Shown: in pieces, positions 52,931 through 64,000 of the stretch
Layout: every line of letters starts with the position of its first letter
Position numbering within the stretch: position 1 is the stretch's first letter
Assembly: GCA_964016885.1 (NCBI GenBank)
Contig: OZ024762.1
Coordinates: forward strand, 29,264,001 to 29,328,000
Length of the DNA: 64,000 nt
Source of the DNA: Eledone cirrhosa
Taxonomy: Eukaryota
Direction: 5' to 3'
Translations under genes and position numbers: made by a program
The notes under the pieces: generated by a model
Told to the model about the DNA's origin: nothing
Seen by the model: the letters and a program-made list of their open reading frames with translations, nothing else
Databases searched by the model: none

Positions 52931-54429
52931 GGGTTGGCAGTAAGGGTAGAGGGTCAGATGTCAGGTTAGGGTGGTGGGTTGCCAGTATTGGTAGAGGGTC
53001 AGATGTCAGGTTAGGGTGGTGGGTTGGCAGTATTGGTAGAGGGTCAGATGTCTGGTTAGGGTGGTGGGTTGGCAGTATTGGTAGAGGGTCAGATGTCATG
53101 TTAGGGTGGTGGGTTGGCAGTATTGGTAGAGGGTCAGATGTCAGGTTATGGTGGTGGGTTGGCAGTAAGGGTAGAGGGTCAGATGTCAGGTTAGGGTGGT
53201 GGGTTGCCAGTATTGGTAGAGGGTCAGATGTCAGGTTAGGGTGGTGGGTTGGCAGTATTGTTAGAGGGTCCGATGTCAGGTTAGGGTGGTGGGTTGGCAG
53301 TAAGGGTAGAGTGTCAGACACCATGTTAGGGTGGTGGGTTGGCATAAAGGGTAGAGGGTCAGACACCATGTTAGGGTGATGGGTTGGCAGTAAGGGTAGA
53401 GGGTCAGATGCCATGTTAGGGTGGTGGGTTGGCAGTAAGGGTAGAGGGTCAGATGCCATGTTATGGTGGTGGGTTGGCAGTAAGGGTAGAGGGTCAGATG
53501 TCATGTTAGGGTGGTGGTTTGGCAGTAAGGGTAGAGGGTCAGATGTCAGGTTAGGGTGGTGGGTTGTCAATAAGGGTAGAGGGTCAGATGTCAGGTTAGG
53601 GTGGTGGGTTGGCAGTAAGGGTAGAGGGTCAGATGTCAGGTTAGGGTGGTGGGTTGTCAGTAAGGGTAGAGGGTCAGATGTCAGGTTAGGGTGGTAGGTT
53701 GTCAGTAAGGGTAGAGGGTCAGATGTCAGGTTAGGGTGGTGGGTTGGCAGTAAGGGTAGAGGGTCAGATGTCAGGTTAGGGTGGTGGGTTGGCAGTAAGG
53801 GTAGAGGGCCAGATGTCAGGTTAGGGTGGTGGGTTGGCAGTAAGGGTAGAGGGTCAGATGTCATGTTAGGGTGGTGGGTTGGCAGTAAGGGTAGAGGGTC
53901 AGATGTCATGTTAGGGTGGTGGTTTGGCAGTAAGGGTAGAGGGTCAGACACCATGTTAGGGTGGTGGGTTGGCAGTTAGGGTAGAGGGTCAGATGTCATG
54001 TTATGGTGGTGGGTTGGCAGTAAGGGTAGAGTGTCAGATGTCAGGTTAGGGTGGTGGATTGTCAGTAAGGGTAGAGGGTCAGATGTCAGGTTAGGGTGGT
54101 GGGTTGGCAGTAAGGGTAGAGGGTCAGATGTCATGTTAGGGTGGTGGGTTTGCAGTATTGGTAGAGGGTCAGATGTCAGGTTAGGGTGGTGGGTTGGCAG
54201 TATTGGTAGAGGGTCACATGTCAGGTTAGGGTGGTGGTTTGGCAGTATTGGTAGAGGGTCAGATGTCAGGTTAGGGTGGTGGTTTGGCAGTATTGGTAGA
54301 GGGTCAGATGTCATGTTAGGGTGGTGGTTTGGCAGTAAGGGTAGAGGGTCAGATGTCATGTTAGGGTGGTGGGTTGGCAGGAAGGGTAGAGGGTCAGATG
54401 TCATGTTAGGGTGGTGGGTTGGCAGTATT

Positions 54430-57400
54430 GCTAGAGGGCCAGACGCCATGTTAGGGTGGTGGGTTGGCAGTATTGGTAGAGGGTCAGATGTCATGTTAGG
54501 GTGGTGGGTTGGCAGTATTGGTAGAGGGTCAGATGTCATGTTAGGGTGGTGGGTTGGCAGTATTGGTAGAGGGTCAGATGTCAGGTTAGGGTGGTGGGTT
54601 GGCAGTAAGGGTAGAGGGTCAGATGTCAGGTTAGGGTTGTGGGTTGCCAGTATTGGTAGAGGGTCAGATGTCAGGTTAGGGTGGTGGGTTGGCAGTATTG
54701 GTAGAGGGTCAGATGTCAGGTTAGGGTGGTGGGTTGGCAGTATTGGTAGAGGGTCAGACGCCATGTTAGGGTGGTGGGTTGGCAGTATTGGTAGAGGGTC
54801 AGATGTCATGTTAGGGTGGTGGGTTGGCAGTATTGGTAGAGGGTCAGATGTCATGTTAGGGTGGTGGGTTGGCAGTATTGGTAGAGGGTCAGATGTCAGG
54901 TTAGGGTGGTGGGTTGGCAGTAAGGGTAGAGGGTCAGATGTCAGGTTAGGGTGGTGGGTTGCCAGTATTGGTAGAGGGTCAGATGTCAGGTTAGGGTGGT
55001 GGGTTGGCAGTATTGGTAGAGGGTCAGATGTCAGGTTAGGGTGGTGGGTTGGCAGTATTGGTAGAGGGTCAGACGCCATGTTAGGGTGGTGGGTTGGCAG
55101 TATTGGTAGAGGGTCAGATGTCATGTTAGGGTGGTGGGTTGGCAGTATTGGTAGAGGGTCAGACGTCATGTTAGGGTGGTGGGTTGGCAGTATTGGTAGA
55201 GGGTCAGATGTCAGGTTAGGGTGGTGGGTTGGCAGTAAGGGTAGAGGGTCAGATGTCAGGTTAGGGTGGTGGGTTGCCAGTATTGGTAGAGGGTCAGATG
55301 TCAGGTTAGGGTGGTGGGTTGGCAGTATTGGTAGAGGGTCAGATGTCAGGTTAGGGTGGTGGGTTGGCAGTATTGGTAGAGGGTCAGATGTCATGTTAGG
55401 GTGGTGGGTTGGCGGTAAGGGTAGAGGGTCAGATGTCAGGTTAGGGTGGTGGGTTGGCAGTATTGGTAGAGGGTCAGATGTCATGTTAGGGTGGTGGGTT
55501 GGCAGTATTGGTAGAGGGTCAGATGTCATGTTAGGGTGGTGGGTTGGCAGTATTGGTAGAGGGTCAGATGTCAGGTTAGGGTGGTGGGTTGGCAGTAAGG
55601 GTAGAGGGTCAGATGTCCTGTTAGGGTGGTGGGTTTGCAGTATTGGTAGAGGGTCAGATGTCAGGTTAGGGTGGTGGGTTGGCAGTATTGGTAGAGGGTC
55701 ACATGTCAGGTTAGGGTGGTGGTTTGGCAGTATTGGTAGAGGGTCAGATGTCAGGTTAGGGTGGTGGTTTGGCAGTATTGGTAGAGGGTCAGATGTCATG
55801 TTAGGGTGGTGGTTTGGCAGTAAGGGTAGAGGGTCAGATGTCATGTTAGGGTGGTGGGTTGGCAGTATTGGTAGAGGGTCAGACGCCATGTTAGGGTGGT
55901 GGGTTGGCAGTATTGGTAGAGGGTCAGATGTCATGTTAGGGTGGTGGGTTGGCAGTATTGGTAGAGGGTCAGATGTCATGTTAGGGTGGTGGGTTGGCAG
56001 TATTGGTAGAGGGTCAGATGTCAGGTTAGGGTGGTGGGTTGGCAGTAAGGGTAGAGGGTCAGATGTCAGGTTAGGGTGGTGGGTTGCCAGTATTGGTAGA
56101 GGGTCAGATGTCAGGTTAGGGTGGTGGGTTGGCAGTAAGGGTAGAGGGTCAGGTTAGGGTTGTGGGTTGCCAGTATTGGTAGAGGGTCAGATGTCAGGTT
56201 AGGGTGGTGGGTTGGCAGTATTGGTAGAGGGTCAGATGTCAGGTTAGGGTGGTGGGTTGGCAGTATTGGTAGAGGGTCAGACGCCATGTTAGGGTGGTGG
56301 GTTGGCAGTATTGGTAGAGGGTCAGATGTCATGTTAGGGTGGTGGGTTGGCAGTATTGGTAGAGGGTCAGATGTCATGTTAGGGTGGTGGGTTGGCAGTA
56401 TTGGTAGAGGGTCAGATGTCAGGTTAGGGTGGTGGGTTGGCAGTAAGGGTAGAGGGTCAGATGTCAGGTTAGGGTGGTGGGTTGCCAGTATTGGTAGAGG
56501 GTCAGATGTCAGGTTAGGGTGGTGGGTTGGCAGTATTGGTAGAGGGTCAGATGTCAGGTTAGGGTGGTGGGTTGGCAGTATTGGTAGAGGGTCAGACGCC
56601 ATGTTAGGGTGGTGGGTTGGCAGTATTGGTAGAGGGTCAGATGTCATGTTAGGGTGGTGGGTTGGCAGTATTGGTAGAGGGTCAGACGTCATGTTAGGGT
56701 GGTGGGTTGGCAGTATTGGTAGAGGGTCAGATGTCAGGTTAGGGTGGTGGGTTGGCAGTAAGGGTAGAGGGTCAGATGTCAGGTTAGGGTGGTGGGTTGC
56801 CAGTATTGGTAGAGGGTCAGATGTCAGGTTAGGGTGGTGGGTTGGCAGTATTGGTAGAGGGTCAGATGTCAGGTTAGGGTGGTGGTTTGGCAGTATTGGT
56901 AGAGGGTCAGATGTCATGTTAGGGTGGTGGGTTGGCAGTATTGGTAGAGGGTCAGACGCCATGTTAGGGTGGTGGGTTGGCAGTATTGGTAGAGGGTCAG
57001 ATGTCATGTTAGGGTGGTGGGTTGGCAGTATTGGTAGAGGGTCAGATGTCATGTTAGGGTGGTGGGTTGGCAGTATTGGTAGAGGGTCAGATGTCAGGTT
57101 AGGGTGGTGGGTTGGCAGTAAGGGTAGAGGGTCAGATGTCAGGTTAGGGTGGTGGGTTGCCAGTATTGGTAGAGGGTCAGATGTCAGGTTAGGGTGGTGG
57201 GTTGGCAGTAAGGGTAGAGGGTCAGGTTAGGGTTGTGGGTTGCCAGTATTGGTAGAGGGTCAGATGTCAGGTTAGGGTGGTGGGTTGGCAGTATTGGTAG
57301 AGGGTCAGATGTCAGGTTAGGGTGGTGGGTTGGCAGTATTGGTAGAGGGTCAGACGCCATGTTAGGGTGGTGGGTTGGCAGTATTGGTAGAGGGTCAGAT

Positions 57401-60400
57401 GTCATGTTAGGGTGGTGGGTTGGCAGTATTGGTAGAGGGTCAGATGTCATGTTAGGGTGGTGGGTTGGCAGTATTGGTAGAGGGTCAGATGTCAGGTTAG
57501 GGTGGTGGGTTGGCAGTAAGGGTAGAGGGTCAGATGTCAGGTTAGGGTGGTGGGTTGCCAGTATTGGTAGAGGGTCAGATGTCAGGTTAGGGTGGTGGGT
57601 TGGCAGTATTGGTAGAGGGTCAGATGTCAGGTTAGGGTGGTGGGTTGGCAGTATTGGTAGAGGGTCAGACGCCATGTTAGGGTGGTGGGTTGGCAGTATT
57701 GGTAGAGGGTCAGATGTCATGTTAGGGTGGTGGGTTGGCAGTATTGGTAGAGGGTCAGACGTCATGTTAGGGTGGTGGGTTGGCAGTATTGGTAGAGGGT
57801 CAGATGTCAGGTTAGGGTGGTGGGTTGGCAGTAAGGGTAGAGGGTCAGATGTCAGGTTAGGGTGGTGGGTTGCCAGTATTGGTAGAGGGTCAGATGTCAG
57901 GTTAGGGTGGTGGGTTGGCAGTATTGGTAGAGGGTCAGATGTCAGGTTAGGGTGGTGGGTTGGCAGTATTGGTAGAGGGTCAGATGTCAGGTTAGGGTGG
58001 TGGGTTGGCGGTAAGGGTAGAGGGTCAGATGTCAGGTTAGGGTGGTGGGTTGGCAGTATTGGTAGAGGGTCAGATGTCATGTTAGGGTGGTGGGTTGGCA
58101 GTATTGGTAGAGGGTCAGATGTCATGTTAGGGTGGTGGGTTGGCAGTATTGGTAGAGGGTCAGATGTCAGGTTAGGGTGGTGGGTTGGCAGTAAGGGTAG
58201 AGGGTCAGATGTCATGTTAGGGTGGTGGGTTTGCAGTATTGGTAGAGGGTCAGATGTCAGGTTAGGGTGGTGGGTTGGCAGTATTGGTAGAGGGTCACAT
58301 GTCAGGTTAGGGTGGTGGTTTGGCAGTATTGGTAGAGGGTCAGATGTCAGGTTAGGGTGGTGGTTTGGCAGTATTGGTAGAGGGTCAGATGTCATGTTAG
58401 GGTGGTGGTTTGGCAGTAAGGGTAGAGGGTCAGATGTCATGTTAGGGTGGTGGGTTGGCAGTATTGATAGAGGGTCAGACGCCATGTTAGGGTGGTGGGT
58501 TGGCAGTATTGGTAGAGGGTCAGATGTCATGTTAGGGTGGTGGGTTGGCAGTATTGGTACAGGGTCAGATGTCATGTTAGGGTGGTGGGTTGGCAGTATT
58601 GGTAGAGGGTCAGATGTCAGGTTAGGGTGGTGGGTTGGCAGTAAGGGTAGAGGGTCAGATGTCAGGTTAGGGTGGTGGGTTGCCAGTATTGGTAGAGGGT
58701 CAGATGTCAGGTTAGGGTGGTGGGTTGGCAGTATTGGTAGAGGGTCAGATGGCAGGTTAGGGTGGTGGGTTGGCAGTATTGGTAGAGGGTCAGACGCCAT
58801 GTTAGGGTGGTGGGTTGGCAGTATTGGTAGAGGGTCAGATGTCATGTTAGGGTGGTGGGTTGGCAGTATTGGTAGAGGGTCAGATGTCATGTTAGGGTGG
58901 TGGGTTGGCAGTATTGTTAGAGGGTCAGATGTCAGGTTAGGGTGGTGGGTTGGCAGTAAGGGTAGAGGGTCAGATGTCAGGTTAGGGTGGTGGGTTGCCA
59001 GTATTGGTAGAGGGTCAGATGTCAGGTTAGGGTGGTGGGTTGGCAGTATTGGTAGAGGGTCAGATGTCAGGTTAGGGTGGTGGGTTGGCAGTATTGGTAG
59101 AGGGTCAGATGTCATGTTAGGGTGGTGGGTTGGCAGTATTGGTAGAGGGTCAGATGTCAGGTTATGGTGGTGGGTTGGCAGTAAGGGTAGAGGGTCAGAT
59201 GTCAGGTTAGGGTGGTGGGTTGCCAGTATTGGTAGAGGGTCAGATGTCAGGTTAGGGTGGTGGGTTGGCAGTATTGGTAGAGGGGCCGATGTCAGGTTAG
59301 GGTGGTGGGTTGGCAGTAAGGGTAGAGTGTCAGACACCATGTTAGGGTGGTGGGTTGGCATAAAGGGTAGAGGGTCAGACACCATGTTAGGGTGATGGGT
59401 TGGCAGTAAGGGTAGAGGGTCAGATGCCATGTTAGGGTGGTGGCTTGGCAGTAAGGGTAGAGGGTCAGACACCATGTTAGGGTGATGGGTTGGCAGTAAG
59501 GGTAGAGGGTCAGATGCCATGTTAGGGTGGTGGGTTGGCAGTATTGGTAGAGGGCCAGACGCCATGTTAGGGTGGTGGGTTGGCAGTATTGGTAGAGGGT
59601 CAGATGTCATGTTAGGGTGGTGGGTTGGCAGTATTGGTAGAGGGTCAGATGTCATGTTAGGGTGGTGGGTTGGCAGTATTGGTAGAGGGTCAGATGTCAG
59701 GTTAGGGTGGTGGGTTGGCAGTAAGGGTAGAGGGTCAGATGTCAGGTTAGGGTTGTGGGTTGCCAGTATTGGTAGAGGGTCAGATGTCAGGTTAGGGTGG
59801 TGGGTTGGCAGTATTGGTAGAGGGTCAGATGTCAGGTTAGGGTGGTGGGTTGGCAGTATTGGTAGAGGGTCAGACGCCATGTTAGGGTGGTGGGTTGGCA
59901 GTATTGGTAGAGGGTCAGATGTCATGTTAGGGTGGTGGGTTGGCAGTATTGGTAGAGGGTCAGATGTCATGTTAGGGTGGTGGGTTGGCAGTATTGGTAG
60001 AGGGTCAGATGTCAGGTTAGGGTGGTGGGTTGGCAGTAAGGGTAGAGGGTCAGATGTCAGGTTAGGGTGGTGGGTTGCCAGTATTGGTAGAGGGTCAGAT
60101 GTCAGGTTAGGGTGGTGGGTTGGCAGTATTGGTAGAGGGTCAGATGTCAGGTTAGGGTGGTGGGTTGGCAGTATTGGTAGAGGGTCAGACGCCATGTTAG
60201 GGTGGTGGGTTGGCAGTATTGGTAGAGGGTCAGATGTCATGTTAGGGTGGTGGGTTGGCAGTATTGGTAGAGGGTCAGACGTCATGTTAGGGTGGTGGGT
60301 TGGCAGTATTGGTAGAGGGTCAGATGTCAGGTTAGGGTGGTGGGTTGGCAGTAAGGGTAGAGGGTCAGATGTCAGGTTAGGGTGGTGGGTTGCCAGTATT

Positions 60401-63400
60401 GGTAGAGGGTCAGATGTCAGGTTAGGGTGGTGGGTTGGCAGTATTGGTAGAGGGTCAGATGTCAGGTTAGGGTGGTGGGTTGGCAGTATTGGTAGAGGGT
60501 CAGATGTCAGGTTAGGGTGGTGGGTTGGCGGTAAGGGTAGAGGGTCAGATGTCAGGTTAGGGTGGTGGGTTGGCAGTATTGGTAGAGGGTCAGATGTCAT
60601 GTTAGGGTGGTGGGTTGGCAGTATTGGTAGAGGGTCAGATGTCATGTTAGGGTGGTGGGTTGGCAGTATTGGTAGAGGGTCAGATGTCAGGTTAGGGTGG
60701 TGGGTTGGCAGTAAGGGTAGAGGGTCAGATGTCATGTTAGGGTGGTGGGTTTGCAGTATTGGTAGAGGGTCAGATGTCAGGTTAGGGTGGTGGGTTGGCA
60801 GTATTGGTAGAGGGTCACATGTCAGGTTAGGGTGGTGGTTTGGCAGTATTGGTAGAGGGTCAGATGTCAGGTTAGGGTGGTGGTTTGGCAGTATTGGTAG
60901 AGGGTCAGATGTCATGTTAGGGTGGTGGTTTGGCAGTAAGGGTAGAGGGTCAGATGTCATGTTAGGGTGGTGGGTTGGCAGTATTGGTAGAGGGTCAGAC
61001 GCCATGTTAGGGTGGTGGGTTGGCAGTATTGGTAGAGGGTCAGATGTCATGTTAGGGTGGTGGGTTGGCAGTATTGGTAGAGGGTCAGATGTCATGTTAG
61101 GGTGGTGGGTTGGCAGTATTGGTAGAGGGTCAGATGTCAGGTTAGGGTGGTGGGTTGGCAGTAAGGGTAGAGGGTCAGATGTCAGGTTAGGGTGGTGGGT
61201 TGCCAGTATTGGTAGAGGGTCAGATGTCAGGTTAGGGTGGTGGGTTGGCAGTAAGGGTAGAGGGTCAGATGTCAGGTTAGGGTTGTGGGTTGCCAGTATT
61301 GGTAGAGGGTCAGATGTCAGGTTAGGGTGGTGGGTTGGCAGTATTGGTAGAGGGTCAGATGTCAGGTTAGGGTGGTGGGTTGGCAGTATTGGTAGAGGGT
61401 CAGACGCCATGTTAGGGTGGTGGGTTGGCAGTATTGGTAGAGGGTCAGATGTCATGTTAGGGTGGTGGGTTGGCAGTATTGGTAGAGGGTCAGATGTCAT
61501 GTTAGGGTGGTGGGTTGGCAGTATTGGTAGAGGGTCAGATGTCAGGTTAGGGTGGTGGGTTGGCAGTAAGGGTAGAGGGTCAGATGCCAGGTTAGGGTGG
61601 TGGGTTGCCAGTATTGGTAGAGGGTCAGATGTCAGGTTAGGGTGGTGGGTTGGCAGTATTGGTAGAGGGTCAGATGTCAGGTTAGGGTGGTGGGTTGGCA
61701 GTATTGGTAGAGGGTCAGACGCCATGTTAGGGTGGTGGGTTGGCAGTATTGGTAGAGGGTCAGATGTCATGTTAGGGTGGTGGGTTGGCAGTATTGGTAG
61801 AGGGTCAGACGTCATGTTAGGGTGGTGGGTTGGCAGTATTGGTAGAGGGTCAGATGTCAGGTTAGGGTGGTGGGTTGGCAGTAAGGGTAGAGGGTCAGAT
61901 GTCAGGTTAGGGTGGTGGGTTGCCAGTATTGGTAGAGGGTCAGATGTCAGGTTAGGGTGGTGGGTTGGCAGTATTGGTAGAGGGTCAGATGTCAGGTTAG
62001 GGTGGTGGGTTGGCAGTATTGGTAGAGGGTCAGATGTCAGGTTAGGGTGGTGGGTTGGCGGTAAGGGTAGAGGGTCAGACGCCATGTTAGGGTGGTGGGT
62101 TGGCAGTATTGGTAGAGGGTCAGATGTCATGTTAGGGTGGTGGGTTGGCAGTATTGGTAGAGGGTCAGACGTCATGTTAGGGTGGTGGGTTGGCAGTATT
62201 GGTAGAGGGTCAGATGTCAGGTTAGGGTGGTGGGTTGGCAGTAAGGGTAGAGGGTCAGATGTCAGGTTAGGGTGGTGGGTTGCCAGTATTGGTAGAGGGT
62301 CAGATGTCAGGTTAGGGTGGTGGGTTGGCAGTAAGGGTAGAGGGTCAGATGTCATGTTAGGGTGGTGGGTTTGCAGTATTGGTAGAGGGTCAGATGTCAG
62401 GTTAGGGTGGTGGGTTGGCAGTATTGGTAGAGGGTCACATGTCAGGTTAGGGTGGTGGTTTGGCAGTATTGGTAGAGGGTCAGATGTCAGGTTAGGGTGG
62501 TGGTTTGGCAGTATTGGTAGAGGGTCAGATGTCATGTTAGGGTGGTGGTTTGGCAGTAAGGGTAGAGGGTCAGATGTCATGTTAGGGTGGTGGGTTGGCA
62601 GTATTGGTAGAGGGTCAGACGCCATGTTAGGGTGGTGGGTTGGCAGTATTGGTAGAGGGTCAGATGTCATGTTAGGGTGGTGGGTTGGCAGTATTGGTAG
62701 AGGGTCAGATGTCATGTTAGGGTGGTGGGTTGGCAGTATTGGTAGAGGGTCAGATGTCAGGTTAGGGTGGTGGGTTGGCAGTAAGGGTAGAGGGTCAGAT
62801 GTCAGGTTAGGGTGGTGGGTTGCCAGTATTGGTAGAGGGTCAGATGTCAGGTTAGGGTGGTGGGTTGGCAGTAAGGGTAGAGGGTCAGATGTCAGGTTAG
62901 GGTTGTGGGTTGCCAGTATTGGTAGAGGGTCAGATGTCAGGTTAGGGTGGTGGGTTGGCAGTATTGGTAGAGGGTCAGATGTCAGGTTAGGGTGGTGGGT
63001 TGGCAGTATTGGTAGAGGGTCAGACGCCATGTTAGGGTGGTGGGTTGGCAGTATTGGTAGAGGGTCAGATGTCATGTTAGGGTGGTGGGTTGGCAGTATT
63101 GGTAGAGGGTCAGATGTCATGTTAGGGTGGTGGGTTGGCAGTATTGGTAGAGGGTCAGATGTCAGGTTAGGGTGGTGGGTTGGCAGTAAGGGTAGAGGGT
63201 CAGATGCCAGGTTAGGGTGGTGGGTTGCCAGTATTGGTAGAGGGTCAGATGTCAGGTTAGGGTGGTGGGTTGGCAGTATTGGTAGAGGGTCAGATGTCAG
63301 GTTAGGGTGGTGGGTTGGCAGTATTGGTAGAGGGTCAGACGCCATGTTAGGGTGGTGGGTTGGCAGTATTGGTAGAGGGTCAGATGTCATGTTAGGGTGG

Positions 63401-64000
63401 TGGGTTGGCAGTATTGGTAGAGGGTCAGACGTCATGTTAGGGTGGTGGGTTGGCAGTATTGGTAGAGGGTCAGATGTCAGGTTAGGGTGGTGGGTTGGCA
63501 GTAAGGGTAGAGGGTCAGATGTCAGGTTAGGGTGGTGGGTTGCCAGTATTGGTAGAGGGTCAGATGTCAGGTTAGGGTGGTGGGTTGGCAGTATTGGTAG
63601 AGGGTCAGATGTCAGGTTAGGGTGGTGGGTTGGCAGTATTGGTAGAGGGTCAGATGTCAGGTTAGGGTGGTGGGTTGGCGGTAAGGGTAGAGGGTCAGAT
63701 GTCAGGTTAGGGTGGTGGGTTGGCAGTATTGGTAGAGGGTCAGATGTCATGTTAGGGTGGTGGGTTGGCAGTATTGGTAGAGGGTCAGATGTCATGTTAG
63801 GGTGGTGGGTTGGCAGTATTGGTAGAGGGTCAGATGTCAGGTTAGGGTGGTGGGTTGGCAGTAAGGGTAGAGGGTCAGATGTCATGTTAGGGTGGTGGGT
63901 TTGCAGTATTGGTAGAGGGTCAGATGTCAGGTTAGGGTGGTGGGTTGGCAGTATTGGTAGAGGGTCACATGTCAGGTTAGGGTGGTGGTTTGGCAGTATT
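54430..64000. repeat. 7-monomer (315-bp) higher-order repeat domain of satellite B, nested in 1530-1620-bp super-repeats
   Basis: The GACGCCATG marker recurs at 315-bp spacing (54757/55072, 57353/57668, 63023/63338) with a fixed order of variants, including one GTTGCCAG unit. GGTTGTGGGT occurs at 59751/61281/62901 and CAGATGCCAG at 61581/63201. Confidence 0.88.

Larger units (their letters stand above)
14705..64000. repeat. Tandem satellite/minisatellite B, 45-bp G-rich monomer containing TTAGGG (~1095 copies, truncated by the right window edge)
   Basis: Consensus GGGTCAGATGTCA(G/T)GTTAGGGTGGTGGGTTGGCAGTA(AG/TT)GGTAGA repeats every 45 bp from 14705 to the end, with no unique sequence interrupting it. 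Confidence 0.99.
14705..64000 (+). other. Dense array of potential G-quadruplex motifs (GGG-N4-GGG-N10-GGG-N4-GGG) in AG-allele monomers
   Basis: GGG TGGT GGG TTGGCAGTAA GGG TAGA GGG is read directly from the monomer. Folding is predicted only, and the 10-nt loop exceeds the strict G3N1-7 rule. Confidence 0.55.

Noticed and set aside
14600-63885. Mucin/extensin-like (TSDPLPLLPTHHPN)n and antisense (LGWWVGSKGRGSDVR)n proteins
   Set aside because: A 45-bp unit is a multiple of 3 and stop-poor. Both strands are open, frameshifting 1-bp and 7-bp indels are propagated in duplications, and there are no unique termini or splice context. Not called as CDS.
1-64000. CRISPR array or other repeat-spacer system
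   Set aside because: There are no unique spacers. Monomers are contiguous and vary only by point changes, and there are no cas or other genes.
14705-64000. Canonical telomere tract
   Set aside because: TTAGGG is never tandem; there is one copy per 45 bp. Kb-scale duplicated variant patterns indicate recombinational amplification rather than telomerase synthesis.
14705-64000. Transcription-factor-like motifs in the 45-mer (GGGTCA nuclear-receptor half-site, CAGATG E-box, TGTCA, GGGTG)
   Set aside because: Matches of 5-6 bp are expected by chance in any monomer, and there is no evidence of binding or of a nearby gene.
14705-64000. Binary variant string (AG/TT and CAGG/CATG) as an information-storing code
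   Set aside because: The order of variants is explained by nested duplications of neighbouring blocks. No reader/writer machinery or non-duplicative pattern is visible.

Overview
No genes are supportable in this window. It is entirely eukaryotic-type satellite DNA: two different tandem arrays joined with no spacer at 14704/14705. Array A (1-14704, ~185 units, entering from the left edge) has an 80-bp monomer that is C/T-rich on the + strand. Its minus strand translates to VLREKL(C/G)IRGISCGVWERRLRWYGHV, which resembles the RLRW(Y/F)GHV motif C-terminal to the RT domain of RTE-clade LINEs, so it is probably a satellite amplified from a retrotransposon ORF fragment. Array B (14705-64000, ~1095 units, running off the right edge) has a 45-bp monomer that is G-rich on the + strand, with one TTAGGG and up to four GGG runs. 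Both arrays show nested kilobase-scale higher-order duplications. Array B also shows a variant gradient that ends in a 7-mer (315-bp) higher-order repeat. All ORFs in the track, including the 7635-aa one, are explained by monomers that lack stop codons. I find no convincing protein-based novel system. The best leads are the LINE-derived satellite, the sharp polarity-switching junction, and a G-quadruplex on/off dimorphism in the 45-mer.
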